A DNA stretch of 61,486 bases, the filler included, from Choristocarpus tenellus KU-1152 (Eukaryota > Protista > Phaeophyceae): NCBI GenBank assembly GCA_964200185.2. It is 11 parts of 11 records of this genome, joined end to end, with 100 filler letters (N's around TTAATTAATTAA, not from the genome) between each part and the next. Parts side by side here need not be neighbours in the genome. Positions count along the whole stretch, not along the records: positions 34,603 to 40,354 come from CAXNAD020009842.1; positions 40,455 to 43,881 come from CAXNAD020020106.1; positions 43,982 to 48,274 come from CAXNAD020015249.1; positions 48,375 to 53,885 come from CAXNAD020010563.1; 7 more parts are not named here. The stretch is one strand, 5' to 3'. Below, in pieces: positions 40,203-52,300 of this stretch. How positions within the stretch are numbered: position 1 is the first letter of the stretch; every line of letters starts with the position of its first letter. A model generated the notes under the pieces. The model searched no databases. It saw nothing but the letters and a program-made list of their open reading frames with translations, and was not told the origin of the DNA. The translations under genes and the position numbers were made by a program.

Positions 40203-40316
40203 CTAAAAGTACTTTACGACAGCCCTCAGGCAGTCTCCATTGTGGAGAGCATCAATGGCATCGTTGGTCTTGTCCACTCCATCAAACTTGTGAGTAATGT
40301 AATGGTCGATTGGGAG
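40203..40316 (-). CDS. GSNOR: S-(hydroxymethyl)glutathione dehydrogenase / class III ADH, last exon
   Basis: After a pyrimidine tract and AG the frame reads LPIDHYITHKFDGVDKTNDAIDALHNGDCLRAVVKYF*, matching the ADH-III C-terminus (D..ITH......N.A...LH.G.C.R.V). It is too short for the ORF track. Confidence 0.8.
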   Translation of the reverse strand, partial: LPIDHYITHKFDGVDKTNDAIDALHNGDCLRAVVKYF

Positions 40317-40454
40317 CTTAGGGCAATAAGACAGAGGAGCCAAAGGAGGGGGGGNNNNNNNNNNNNNNNNNNNNNNNNNNNNNNNNNNNNNNNNNNNNTT
40401 AATTAATTAANNNNNNNNNNNNNNNNNNNNNNNNNNNNNNNNNNNNNNNNNNNN

Positions 40455-41241
40455 CATGTCCTGGTCCGAATCCACTAGGTATTGAACCAGTCCATGTCCA
40501 TGTCCGGACTGGTCCCACAATTATTTAGCATGTCCTGGTCCGAATCCACTAGGTATTGAACCGGTCCATAAACGCCAGCCGTACCATGTTGACATGGTAT
40601 TACACCAGTCCATGTCCACCGGGCAGCCAGCCTAACTTTGTTCCTTGCATGTCTGTACCAAGGCTGTCCATCAGTTCTATTTTTTTTCCGCTATGTCCGG
40701 ACCATGTCCACTACGTGTGTTGTACAAGTGCGAATGTGAGACGTTAACACACACTTGGATCACATATCACCCAAGATACACAACGATGTACTTGAAATAA
40801 TTTTTACGTTTTAAATAACACAACACAGAATAATAACATAGGATATTTAGTACTTTTCTAGTAGAAATTTGAAATTTAGGATACAATATTCAAGAAGAGT
40901 GATAAAAGTACGAAATAGGAGGCATGGCCATGATGTGGCCGACCCAAGCGTTAAAAAAAAAAATTACCTGACCAGCCATAGATAAAATGTTCCTAACATG
41001 GTCGAGCCCATGGTCATTGCTTACACAACTTTTGAACGTGGCCACTGGCCAGCCATGTGCAACCAAGTTCAAACATGGTCAAGTCCATAGCCATCACTTA
41101 CTGAACATGACCAGTGCCGCCACCGGGCATGTATACTCAAGTTTGGACATGACCGAGTCCATGGCCATTTACCGTTTCAACATGGCCAGGCCAAGGACCA
41201 GCCTGTGGCCATATGGCCAACAGTGGACATGCTAACTACCC
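40455..41241. repeat. Internally repetitive non-coding element, probable DNA-transposon end
   Basis: A 34-bp direct repeat catgtcctggtccgaatccactaggtattgaacc lies at 40455 and 40528. There are many CATGTCC motifs on the left and GGACATG/CATGGCCA motifs on the right, plus an inverted tagcatgtcc/ggacatgcta pair. Confidence 0.5.
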
Positions 41242-42088
41242 GACCTAATGAAAAACCCCAGATTTCTCCTTGTGCTCACTAGGGCTAGGAATTAAAAAAA
41301 AAACGGTATACACTTTTGCAGATACTACTGGTACTCTACACGCCTGCACTTGATTTGGAAGATGGCACTGGCATGCACTCTCCATGTTGAGGACGGATTC
41401 ACCACAAGGAAACAGCCACAGAGGTGGTGAAGATCAAATCACATACTGAAGTAATCGAGAAACAATATTTTTGCTTTGCACACCTTACTACAGCTCCTTC
41501 ACAGGTCCTCCAAGGGAAACTCCAGCCAAGTGTTCCAGATGTGCTTTGTCCACACAAACAGGAGACCAAAAGCCAGTAACATTCAAGGGTACTACACCCT
41601 GCAAGGGCTTGTCATCATTTTCTTGTAGTTCTAAGGGTTAGGGTTAGGTATGATGCAGTTCACCGCACTAAAAGACTGAAACTGACACCACATAGACGCC
41701 TGTTTTCATTGCAACAATCATTCACCATAACAAATCAAGTGTGCAATGCCTGTGTGGTCTACTGCTACTGAGGATCGTACAGAAAGAGTTAATGCATGTT
41801 GAGCATACACTTCATCAACATAGAAAATTGGCTGTTGCTCTTTTGCTCGTCCACCAGAGCTCTGTACTTGTAAGAAGGAGCGATTAGTTGACCTACTTGG
41901 ATAAATGTTAGGTTGCTGTTGTCAACCAAACAAGGAAAAATTCAAATATACACAAAACCGTTTACAACTCGAGGTATTTACAACATCCCCCTGGGACATG
42001 CACAAACAAATGCCAACTCCATACTGTTCAATCAAGTAATCAAAGTCCTCCTATTGAAAATAGCAGCTTGTTCAAGACAATGCTTGTC

Positions 42089-43352
42089 CTAGGACAGAGC
42101 CTCAAAAGCTTCCACAAACGCGTCAGATGGCTGAGCCCCAGAGAGCTTGATCTTGCCACGGTTGCCCTCCCGAGATAGGACATAGAATGGCACTCCTGAA
42201 ACCCCATGAACGGATGCGCATTGCTCATAATCTGACAATACCTCTGCCTTCCCCTCTGAACCCTCGAGATACTCTTTTGTGCAATCCACACCGGCCTGGA
42301 TGTGAAGATAAGAGCGACACAGGGATGGGGAGTGTAGTGCAGGGGGGGCATTAGAGAGTCAAACACAGCAGCACAGAGATCAAGGCATACTTGGCGGGGG
42401 CCCGGTATAGTGAGAAAATTCAATTCTCTAGAGATTTTGATGCCATCTTCTAGGGCACTTGTATATGGGTCAAGAGCATCCAAACACTTGTGCCTACATT
42501 AAAAAAAAGGAAAAGCATATCCACCAGTACCAATCTTCGAAGTAAAGCGTGAAAACTCCTTGAAGAAAAATGGAGAGCGAGGGTGTGCCACCTTCTTCGC
42601 GATGTCGACCAGTACAGTGGGGTCAGCAATGTTCGCGCACTCCTCGAAGTAAGCATGAAAGATAGCTTCAATTATGTCATCCTGCTTTCCCTGCTCCCCT
42701 CCTAGCCGCACCAAGCGGTGCGACTTCATCGTATTGTGCACAAGGCGGTCGCTGTTGAAGTTGATGCCTGTCCGTTCGCCAGCCTGAGCCAGCGCATGAG
42801 ACATTCGAGTCCCAGCCGACTCACCATACTTCTTCTTAAGATGTACCTAGCATCGTTAAGGAAATGGATTGGGTGAGGTCTGTGAACAACATTGTTGTTA
42901 TAAACATCACTGTATATACATTTGCACCATTTTTCAACTTCGAACATCGTACTCTTCTCAAAATCAGGAGAGGAACATGGTTTGGAAAGGGAGAGGTAAT
43001 GCACACGAAAGTGTAACGATCACAATCCTAGCTCGACGTAGACAGCATATCGATAAACCCTGCATTACTTTCCACTGTGGCGTACGGTGAGATGGGCGAA
43101 TTATCCATTTCAGTATTCAGTACGTCATAATCCCACACAAGAGTTCTGCATGTCGCCTCTTAACAACACCACCGACAAGAAACTCACCAAGATAGGATCA
43201 TCAGAAGAATCTGGCGATGATAAGTCCAGGAAGAACGGTTTCCATTCCACCTTGAACTCGGCGTTTGCAGAGTCTACCTTGTAATCCTTAATCGCTTTCT
43301 CGAGGTTGCGCTTACCCACGAAGCACCAAGGGCAAACATTGTCACTGAAGAC
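42089..43352 (-). CDS. DsbA-like / FrnE-family thiol-disulfide oxidoreductase
   Basis: Exons are 43352-43188 (VFSDNVCPWCFVGKRNLEKA...WKPFFLD), 42846-42592 (NTMKSHRL...AYFEE) and 42295-42089 (GVSGVPFY...SGAQP..., stop), all phase 0. The active site is CPWC. The first short exon was not located. Confidence 0.92.
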
Positions 43353-44515
43353 CTACACCAAAGAGGGTTGGGAAACACGAATAAGTACGACATAGAGACA
43401 AATATCTCTCATGTCATCCTCATATTTCATATTTCAACGTGGTAGGTTTCAATATGGATGTAAAATGTAAGGTATAGATAGTCCAGTTGACTGACTGCTA
43501 CATGTTGTGATCATTTGCGATAGATATTACTGACCGTAACCATAAACTTGGAGCCCGACATGACTCTCCCAAGTATGAGCAAAACAAGGTGTTGATTTTG
43601 GGAATTAAGTCTATTAACCAGCACCTGAACGCACAACAGACAAAAGTAAGCACTCCAGAATTCAAAGCATCTTGTTTGTGACAGGAGAAATGGGGTAAAC
43701 CAAGGTTCTTAAAATGGGACAAAAAAGCAGTAATATACCATCGGTATATTACAGATCTTCTTATAAAAAAAGAATGATGTTGAAGGGCATAATAATATTG
43801 AAGTAAAACCCTCAACAACCAACTCACAAAATTCTTCCGAACCCATGTGTGGAACATTTTTCGGGTCAAAGTATCTGGGGGNNNNNNNNNNNNNNNNNNN
43901 NNNNNNNNNNNNNNNNNNNNNNNNNTTAATTAATTAANNNNNNNNNNNNNNNNNNNNNNNNNNNNNNNNNNNNNNNNNNNNTTGGCCCTCCCTCTCCCCC
44001 CCCCCCCCCCCTCTCACCCCCCCTAGACTGAACTGTGCCGCAGCAATGAAAATGCACAAAGTATGTTTGGGAGTACCCTAAACAAAGATGATCAAGGTTG
44101 TAGTTGTATTGAGAGGACAATGATCAACGGTCCATCTCTCACCCCAACCGCTGTTCCATCCTGTACCCTATTTAACCTTGCCACTGCACCAACTAAGAAA
44201 GGTACATGCAAATTTGTAAGATGGACAAACACAAATTGCCTTTGCACTTACTCCAGCAATCATAGAATCACCTCATTAGTTCGCTCAATGCACTCCACTC
44301 ATAACCTACCATTTCCACACCAAAATTGCTTTCATAAAGAGCATCTCTTCTAGTGGGTGCCTCTAGCCGATAACCCCCCAAAATGCCCTAGTTAGCAAAA
44401 GAAAACCCGTAAATAATTTTGGATTTTTTTTAATTATTATTCTGTTTTCGTAGTCGCCCAAACTCCTAACCCCACTAACGCCTCCAATGATTTATAATTT
44501 TTTGCTGTGTTGTAG

Positions 44516-46509
44516 GTGGAGGCGTTGTGGGAACACGCCTTCCGGAATCGGCTCCGAGCGGACCCAACAGAACGCCCAGTGCTCTGTGCAGAGTGTTCTT
44601 GGAGTGGACCAAAGGAGAGGGCTAAGCTAATGGAGCTCATGTTTGAGACCTTTTCGATCCCGGCCTTGTACCCTGCCAAGAACGGTGTGCTGAGTGCCTT
44701 TTCTGCCGGCCGTGCCACTGCCCTGGTGAGATTTTCTTCTTTTTTTTCCTAGTTTTTGGTTTATATATGTAACTGTAGGTGTATGTAACTGTAGGTGTAT
44801 GTAACTGTAAGTGTATGTAACTGTAAGTGATGTCGAGGTGGAAAGGTCGCTTGAGAGTTGCGCGTGTTGCAGAGTTATTGCACCTCATTTATCTAAAATT
44901 AGGCATTTTTTGCTGTTATTTTTTTGTTTTTGTTTTTGTTTTATTGTTGTGTTCATTGAAGCAGATTGAATAACGCTTTGGAGTATGTATGCGTACGGTG
45001 TATGACCTCCAGGTGCACAAAGAATTCCCATGCCATGTTGGACTCAGTTTGGTGCGCTTGCTCGATTGGGAATGCCGTGGGTTGAGCCTTCATCGCTAGG
45101 AGGGTATGGGCTCACATGATCTCGCTTAGATTGGCTCTCAAAATGATGCAACTCTGCTTATGTACCTCTAGATATAGTACAGGGTGTATGATGCATAACT
45201 CTTCATTAAGTTTACACACTCCAAACGCATATGCTGATTGATGCATAGTATGTATCCACGTGTGCACCTTAGCAGCGTGTGTGTGAGGTCTATGTTAGAG
45301 GGATGCACGCCGTCTACGGACACAATAATAATAATAATAATAGTAATCTTCCGAGTTTTTTTTTCTGTTATCTGAAATTGATACCGTTGAGGTAGTGTCG
45401 ATGGTCACCGGTTATCTTCTGCGAAGGGGGGGGTGGTGGCAGTCCCTGTGACGGGGTCAGGAAAGAAGTAAGTGAGTGGGAGGGGCCTCCGCCGCCTCCA
45501 CTGCTCTCCACTGGAGTCAAAAAGGAATCAGAATCATCAGAACAGAATGGAAACCTCAGAACAAGACACGTGCCTATGGCGCCCAGTTGCTACGGCAACA
45601 GCTACTCTCTGTCGAAGGGATCGTTGAGAAGGGAATCTATCTTTGGTCTGAACTGATGTTCTTTGCTGTTTGTCCAGATTCCGATCTTGTGTGTCTGGGG
45701 ACGTTGACTGTTTTCCTTGAACAGCTTCAGTGTGAAAGGATGGTGTGTATGTCTGTGTCTCTTTGTGTCTGTGTCTGTGTCTCTGTGTGTCTCTGTGTGT
45801 GTCTGTCTCTGTCTCTGTCTCTGTGTGTCTCTGGTGTCTCTGGTGTCTCTGTGCCTCTGTGCCTCTGTCTGGGACTGTATCTGTGTGAGTGTAATGCATA
45901 TGACTTCGTGCTGTGTGTCATATCAATGTGCAGGAGTTCCCAAATCAGACCTGTACCTGGCACTAGTGTCAATACCATTCAGAGTAATAGTGACGATGTG
46001 TATCGTCACATGCAGTATATACTGCCGACCGTGGCAATGTGTGTACTTGATCAAATGATAATGGTACCCTCCAGAAGGATGAATCTGAGAGGGCGGTGGG
46101 AGGAAGGGGGGGGGGGGTCACCATCGTGTTCCCTGTGAATATTTGGCCCTATTGGACATGGCAATGCCAGCAGTCCATTGAGCACAACCTTAGCATGGGT
46201 CAAAATGGAGAGGTCTTCGATGCGTTAGTTGATGCAATCTGATAAACAAACTCTAATTGTTACGATGTATCGGCCGACAAAGCCCAGTATATCTTTTCAG
46301 TTTCAACCCTGTGAAATGCACTACTCTCTCCTACATGTTTCTCACAACATGTTTCTAACAAGTGTTTCTAACTTCGAAAGGTCTGCGACTGTGGACACGG
46401 TGCTACGAGCGCTGTGCCGGTGGTGGATGGCTACGTGCTGAACAGGGCCGTTCAGAGGGGAATCCGAGGAGGAGAGTGGCTCACCAAGCAGGCGTACTCT
46501 TTCCTAACT
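44516..46509 (+). CDS. ARP4: Nuclear actin-related protein 4 (two internal exons)
   Basis: Exon 44516-44725 (WEHAF..L..DP.E.PVL..E...ELMFETFSIPALY.AKN.VLSAFSAGRATAL) joins in phase 0 to exon 46381-46509 (VCDCGHGATSAVPVVDGYVL...GGEWL). The GR.TALV.D.G and DGYVL motifs are typical of ARP4/ACTL6. Confidence 0.85.
44767..44829 (+). repeat. 16-bp minisatellite x4 in ARP4 intron
   Basis: (atgtaactgtaRgtgt) repeated about 4 times. Confidence 0.85.
45743..45870 (+). repeat. Compound GT/CT microsatellite
   Basis: Runs of gtgtct/ctgtgt/gtctct. Confidence 0.85.
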
Positions 46510-46574
46510 GTGAGTGTGTTGGGAATGGTTTTTGTTGGGGACAGGGGGACTCTCCTGTCTGTTACGTGTGTTGT

Positions 46575-46608
<34 letters not shown>

Positions 46609-47299
46609 TTTAGATTAACTATATTTTGTGAGGCATTTGATCGTGTTGGGAAAAAGGTCTAGTGAATTGGAAATTTGATGTGGTTCCTTTATTAACAGGG
46701 GACTCTTTTTTTTAGACTCCAATAAACATATATATATGTTTTTTTTAATCTGAAGGGGGGGATATAGACCATATTATGTTGTTTTGTTGGGATGACAGTT
46801 TCACTTGCTGATGTGGTTATGTTGTATTTTTGAAAGCTATACGCATGAAGTATTTTAATATAGTGATGATTTTGTGTATACCCTCTGAAGTTATTTTCTA
46901 GAGTACTTTGCATTTACTTTTAGAGATTCATAGATTCCCCCCCTGTAATTGTATGCTTCATTTGGAAAACCTAACTGTATCTTAATGGCATATCAACATT
47001 CTACTCACCAAGCCTTCACGTGTTTTTAACGTGTACTTGTACTCCTCCCTGATGTTTTCAAGAACATCAATCAATTTTGCCAAACGCCTTCTTGTTCCCT
47101 CATGAGTCCATCTAACCACTAGATAGAGCAATGGGGTTAAAATGTAGAGGCCGTCAACGCTATGGATGTGTCACAGACTTCGCCTGTCAGCATTTGTGCT
47201 AGATGATTGCTTGTGTGATCTGGTGCAGTGTAAAGCAGAGAGGTTCTGAGACTGTTATGATTCTGATTTTATTCACTGTTCACAGTATACTTGCATTAG

Positions 47300-48270
47300 A
47301 ACCATGGGTTCCGAATATCAGGTGAAGGGAACAGTTACATACCGGATGTGTTCCAGAATACTGTATGTTGGACGATACGTTGATCAATACCTTGGAATTA
47401 ATTGTTGGTTGACCACTAGGGAGGGAAATGGAGGAGGCCATGATGTGAAGCAAGGGTCACTACATCATATGGAGTTGGGCCCCTCATCGCCTTGTGCAAA
47501 CAAGGGGAACCGATATGATCCTTTGTGCTCCTTTACCTCCCTAGTAATTAATTCAACAGTCGGTTTTGTTGAAGGTAATGACCAGCACGTTGCCCAACGT
47601 ACTGTGCAATAGAGCACGCTTTCCGTAGTGGTTCCCTTCACCTGATGTTTCAAACCCGTGGTACTAATGTAAGAAATTGTGAGCTATGTATCAGGCGGAG
47701 ATTGTACCAGTCTCAACGCTCCTCTGTCTTCTTGTACGGCATTGTATTGAGCAAGCAATCAAGCTTAGAATCCTCGCACACTTCCCTTGCATCGATATCG
47801 ACGTGTGGCAGACAACTCCACAATGTATCCAATGTATCCAACTTCCGATTAACCCCCTGTCAAACCCTAACCCTAACCCTAACCCTAACTCTAAGCACGA
47901 TGGTCGTACAGTTTTGCTAAAGCTTCAGCCTTGGTTGCCAGATCCCCCATTTGTTTATCGTCGCTCCCTACGGGTCTTACCTGAATCTTACCTGAATCTT
48001 CTTCTACGAGTCCATATGTCCAACGTAGTGGTAACTAATAACTGTCCTCTGAGCCAATTCAATGGCCTCATGGTTGTCGTAGATCAACAGTGGTACCCTA
48101 TATCTGTCAATAACTGGCCCTATACATATCAACTGGATCTGCTGTGGACAAACTGCTTCCTTTTTTGCCAAATCATGCGTCAATGCCACTGCTTGCTCGT
48201 CCTTTGTAGTGGATGGTGTAATTGCCTCCTACTCCCGATACCCCTTCGGGTAACACAAGCTCTTCATCCC
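47300..48270 (-). mobile_element. Highly decayed LTR-retrotransposon (Gypsy-like) integrase region
   Basis: Fragments YHYVGHMDS*KK (H..GH.G..KT-like) and RWATCWSL...ELIT...FPLFAQGDEGPN (integrase-core-like). There are many stops, and the region is interrupted by (CCCTAA)n. Confidence 0.4.
47863..47889 (-). repeat. Interstitial telomeric repeat (CCCTAA)4
   Basis: aaccctaaccctaaccctaaccctaac. Confidence 0.9.
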
Positions 48271-48732
48271 CCCCNNNNNNNNNNNNNNNNNNNNNNNNNN
48301 NNNNNNNNNNNNNNNNNNTTAATTAATTAANNNNNNNNNNNNNNNNNNNNNNNNNNNNNNNNNNNNNNNNNNNNTATGTATGTATGTATGTATGTATACA
48401 TATGTTAGCGTCATGCGCGGTGGTGTGTGTGTGTGTGTGTGACAATTTTTCAAAACCTTTAAAAAAAAAAGTCAAAAGTTTGATACTTGTCCTATTTAAT
48501 AACGTTCTCATCAACATACACAATATTGGGAAGGAAAAAATAATGCTCATGCAATGCATAGGACTTCATTCCCAACTCCAAACATCATTTTTCAAAAATT
48601 AAAAGAACAAAAGAACAAAACAGAACAGGTACCATACCGAAGTCTATTTTTTTTAACTTTTCACACCTACATTTTCACAACTACATCCAGCCAGTACCCA
48701 AGCAAACCACAATCTCACCAAACCAAACTCAC

Positions 48733-51700
48733 CCTTGAGGTTGTTATTCTCCAGCCGGAGGCTGACCACTCTCCCCTCATCCAGGGTAATTCCATACCAT
48801 TCCTCCAATGGAGCTTCGCTCGCCCATCCCTCCTTACTCCTCCACTTTTCACCCCCAGTGGACTCAAACAGCACTGTAAGCGCCTTCCTATCTTGAGTTC
48901 TTGGCGAAGCTGGCGGCGATTTACTCTCCTCTGGTTCCGGCGGCGGAGTGGGTGGCTCCTTCGGAGTACTCAACGAGCTTGCAAGCTCCAATCCTGAGGT
49001 CATCAGCGCAAGAACAACCTCGGGCCTAGTCTCACACTTGTCTATGTTCACATGCAACTCTAGATCGCGTGCCATGATAACGACCTCTAGGAGGTTCTTG
49101 GCCATGAGAAGATCCCGAACCGATCCCTCGCCTACCTCAGGATAACGCCAAGACGACTCCCTATCCCCAGCACAAAAGAGTCCCAGGGCCGGAAGGAGGC
49201 GAGCATCTACCCTCGGGAGCACATCTACTGACTTTGGGGGCAACAGGTGCACGCAGGAAATGAGGTCCAGTAGGTGCAAAAAGACCTCACGGCCTTCGGA
49301 ATTGTTAGCTGTCGATTCGTCCAGCCAGAGGGGAGACAGGGAACGGATTATGCTCTTGAGTGTTCCCCTCACCAAGAAGTCCTTCGCCTTCGCCGGAGAT
49401 TCAATCTGTGCCCACACAGAGTGCGATCGCATGTGAGAAACATAATGTAAGTGATATCGCAAGCGGAGGGTAGGTATGGGGGGTGGGACAGGGAGGGGAC
49501 GGAGGGAGGCCAAAAGGAGAGAACCGAAAAATGACACAAACATGATCCAAATTGGAACAGTCAGGTGTAAAGGTTCACAAATGGACGCGGACAGGATCTG
49601 AAGGGAGAATCCCAGTATCACCAGGCAAGGGGGGCAAGGGGAATACCACAACCGAAGAGGAATTCTTAAGCCCATGAAGCCAAACAAAGATACCGCCAGT
49701 GCACTTGTCAATCACAACATTCCAAGGAGAGAGGAATGACAGTTTCAATTTCTCTATTGTACTCTCTGACCAAAACAAACAAACAAAAAATTAGCTCACC
49801 TTGCTCCGCCGGATGTAACCAGTCGAGACTGCAATAAGGGCCCCCTTTAGCCGAGTGTCCATATTGTTGGTGCTGGCGGCAAAAGCCTTCATGCCGCTGT
49901 CATAGGCTGCCTGTAGGAATGCTACATCACCCTCACAAACCTCATAATCATTGAGCGCTATCCCCACCCCATCCAGTGGCGATGACTGGAACAATCAAAA
50001 ATAGTACGTAAGAGTGGAATTGGGTACCAAAAGGAGCGTGAGGGGGAATTGATCACCATTGCAAAATGTTTGTGTGATCAACCACTGAGCAACTGTGGGT
50101 ATTCCTTGATCTCACTAGCAATCTCATTAAACCGGAAATTGAGAGGTTGGGTGCATGCTAGAAGAAAACACATAGATTAATGAGACAGCCCACGTGATAC
50201 TTAAAGTCAGCAAGATCTCATCCTGTAAACTTCCCTGCCCCCCCCCGCTCTCGCTGTCACTATTCCGCAGCACACCCCACACCCCCTCCTGCTTGCATGT
50301 CACATTCTTAAAGGTTTTTCAACATTGTGTTTTTGGAGTTTTAAGAGACCTGGACCGAACCTCCCAATCTGTTCGTTGCATCATAACTCTCCCATCACAA
50401 ACTATTTTCTACAGCAGGAGTGCTCACACTCTTCTTTGAGGACACACACATAAATGCCACAAATGACATAATGTCAACATTCCAACAAACACAAACGCAC
50501 TTGGCCACCCTGGAGACCTTGCAGAAATTCCTCGAAGAAGTTTCTATTAGTTTCTTGGTTGGCCTCGAAATCGCGCGTCACAGCTTTCACATCGAAGGTG
50601 GAGGACACTTCTCTCCCCTCTCGCTCGTCCTTCATCTCCTCAGTGCCCTCGCCCGAGTTGGAGACAAGGCTCCCGGACTACGCATTGCATGGGACAAAGC
50701 GCAAATAAAAATAATGAACATGGAATGGAGGTGGGCACAGGAGAAAAAGGACACAAAGGTGGATCAGTGGGAGGGAAATAACAAGGATGGCACCTACGCC
50801 TGTTTATATATGCTACGCGTTCAACCATTGATATGCTGGTGTGTAAGTCGAATAAAAATCAATTGTATAACAATAAGGCATCAACACGAGATGTATCTGC
50901 TAACTGTTTCCATGGGGTCTGGATAACGATACAGTCCTCTGATCATGCAAAGGGAATTAACTCCACTCTCAAGTCACAAAGTGACTTCCGCAATACTTGG
51001 TAACAGAGGAAAAGAGCAACAGAACAACTGAACAATATGCAGGCGTTCGACAAGCGTAGCTGGAGGATGACCAAGTATCAAAACCCTGCATACACACAAG
51101 GGGCAAGAGCGAGTTGCTGCATATACTTGTAAGGGATATGGCTTGTTACAGGTGCTACAGGAGAATGCGAGTGGAAGCTGGACCTCCAAGAGCATATTAT
51201 CTAAGTGGGTATATGCATTTCTATTCGTTCGACACGGGTGTAAGAACGTCTATCGTGCTCCAGATAGGGAGAGACTGCTTTGGAAATGATCATCCACAAC
51301 AACTCCCCTGCTTTTGGAAAAGACCATGTGCCCAACTCAATCAATCTCACCTCGGGCTGGCCCCCGATTTTTGACAGGTTTAACGCAACCATTCCTTCAC
51401 CTTCTGGTGCTGGACGGGGTCTATCCGTTACCTTGGAGATAATCTCTCCACCCCACGCCAACATTTCCTCATTCTTCTTGCCCAGGGCATCCCCTGTTAA
51501 CATCTCCCATCCAACAGTGACAAGGCTAGCTATAAGCTTCGAAGCAAACGGAGGAACCACAAAAGGTGGTGGTGCTGGCAAACCCATCTTAAATCCAGGT
51601 GCAAGTCTGGGAGAGGAGGGAGGAGATACAGAAAGGGGAGAGGAGATTGCCGTGCTTAAAGACTCTTTAGTAACTTCGGCACTGGGCCGCTTGCCTCTAA

Positions 51701-51737
51701 AAGAAAGAGGTCGGGGCATGCTGATCCCCTTCACCAT
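48733..51737 (-). CDS. LRR protein with long uncharacterised N-terminal region (5' four exons)
   Basis: Exons are 51737-51351, 50677-50501, 49985-49800 and 49405-48733 (introns phase 0,0,0; the last exon ends in phase 1). The protein ends in an LRR N-cap and first repeat, DRKALTVLFESTGGEKWRSKEGWASEAPLEEWYGITLDEGRVVSLRLENNNLKG. Confidence 0.8.
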
Positions 51738-52300
51738 CTTGAAACGTACTGCCAGTAACTTGACCACACAAGTACTGTTCCGCACACCCTGGTGAGTGGG
51801 GCGGACTAAATCTTTCCTTGCAGAGCGAAGTAATGCCGACGATGATATTCAATATTCATCACTCAACAAGGATGAAAGAAAGGAGAAATAGGAAATGGGA
51901 ATGGGAATTGAAATTGGGAATACGAACGGCGACAAAAAAATATCAAAAGTGCACGCATTCCGATCACAATTGTAAGGCAGAACAGAGAAAATACGGATCC
52001 ACGAGGATTATTGAGAAAGAAACGCCACATATCACCTTTTAGGTCTTGGACCAACTTTGGAACTATTGATAGGGGGTGGCCGTTCACCAGCGCTTGTAGT
52101 CACTGCAGCTGGCTTCCTCAGGGAAGACATTAGAGCACACATTGTTCTGAAGTCTTACTATCGAAAATAGGTAGTCGAGATGAAGAATCACGTCACCAGT
52201 CAGTCACTCACACAGACAAACCAAGGAACGACACGATGTGTCACTATACCAACTATTCGACTAGAAATCAAGAATTACTCAAGGAAAGGAAAGAACATAA

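Noticed and set aside
43323-43334. Selenocysteine form of DsbA-like protein
   Set aside because: The active-site codons are TGC-CCT-TGG-TGC (CPWC), with no TGA.
45476-46138. 220-aa ORF and overlapping ORFs
   Set aside because: They are open only because of the GT/CT microsatellite inside the ARP4 intron.
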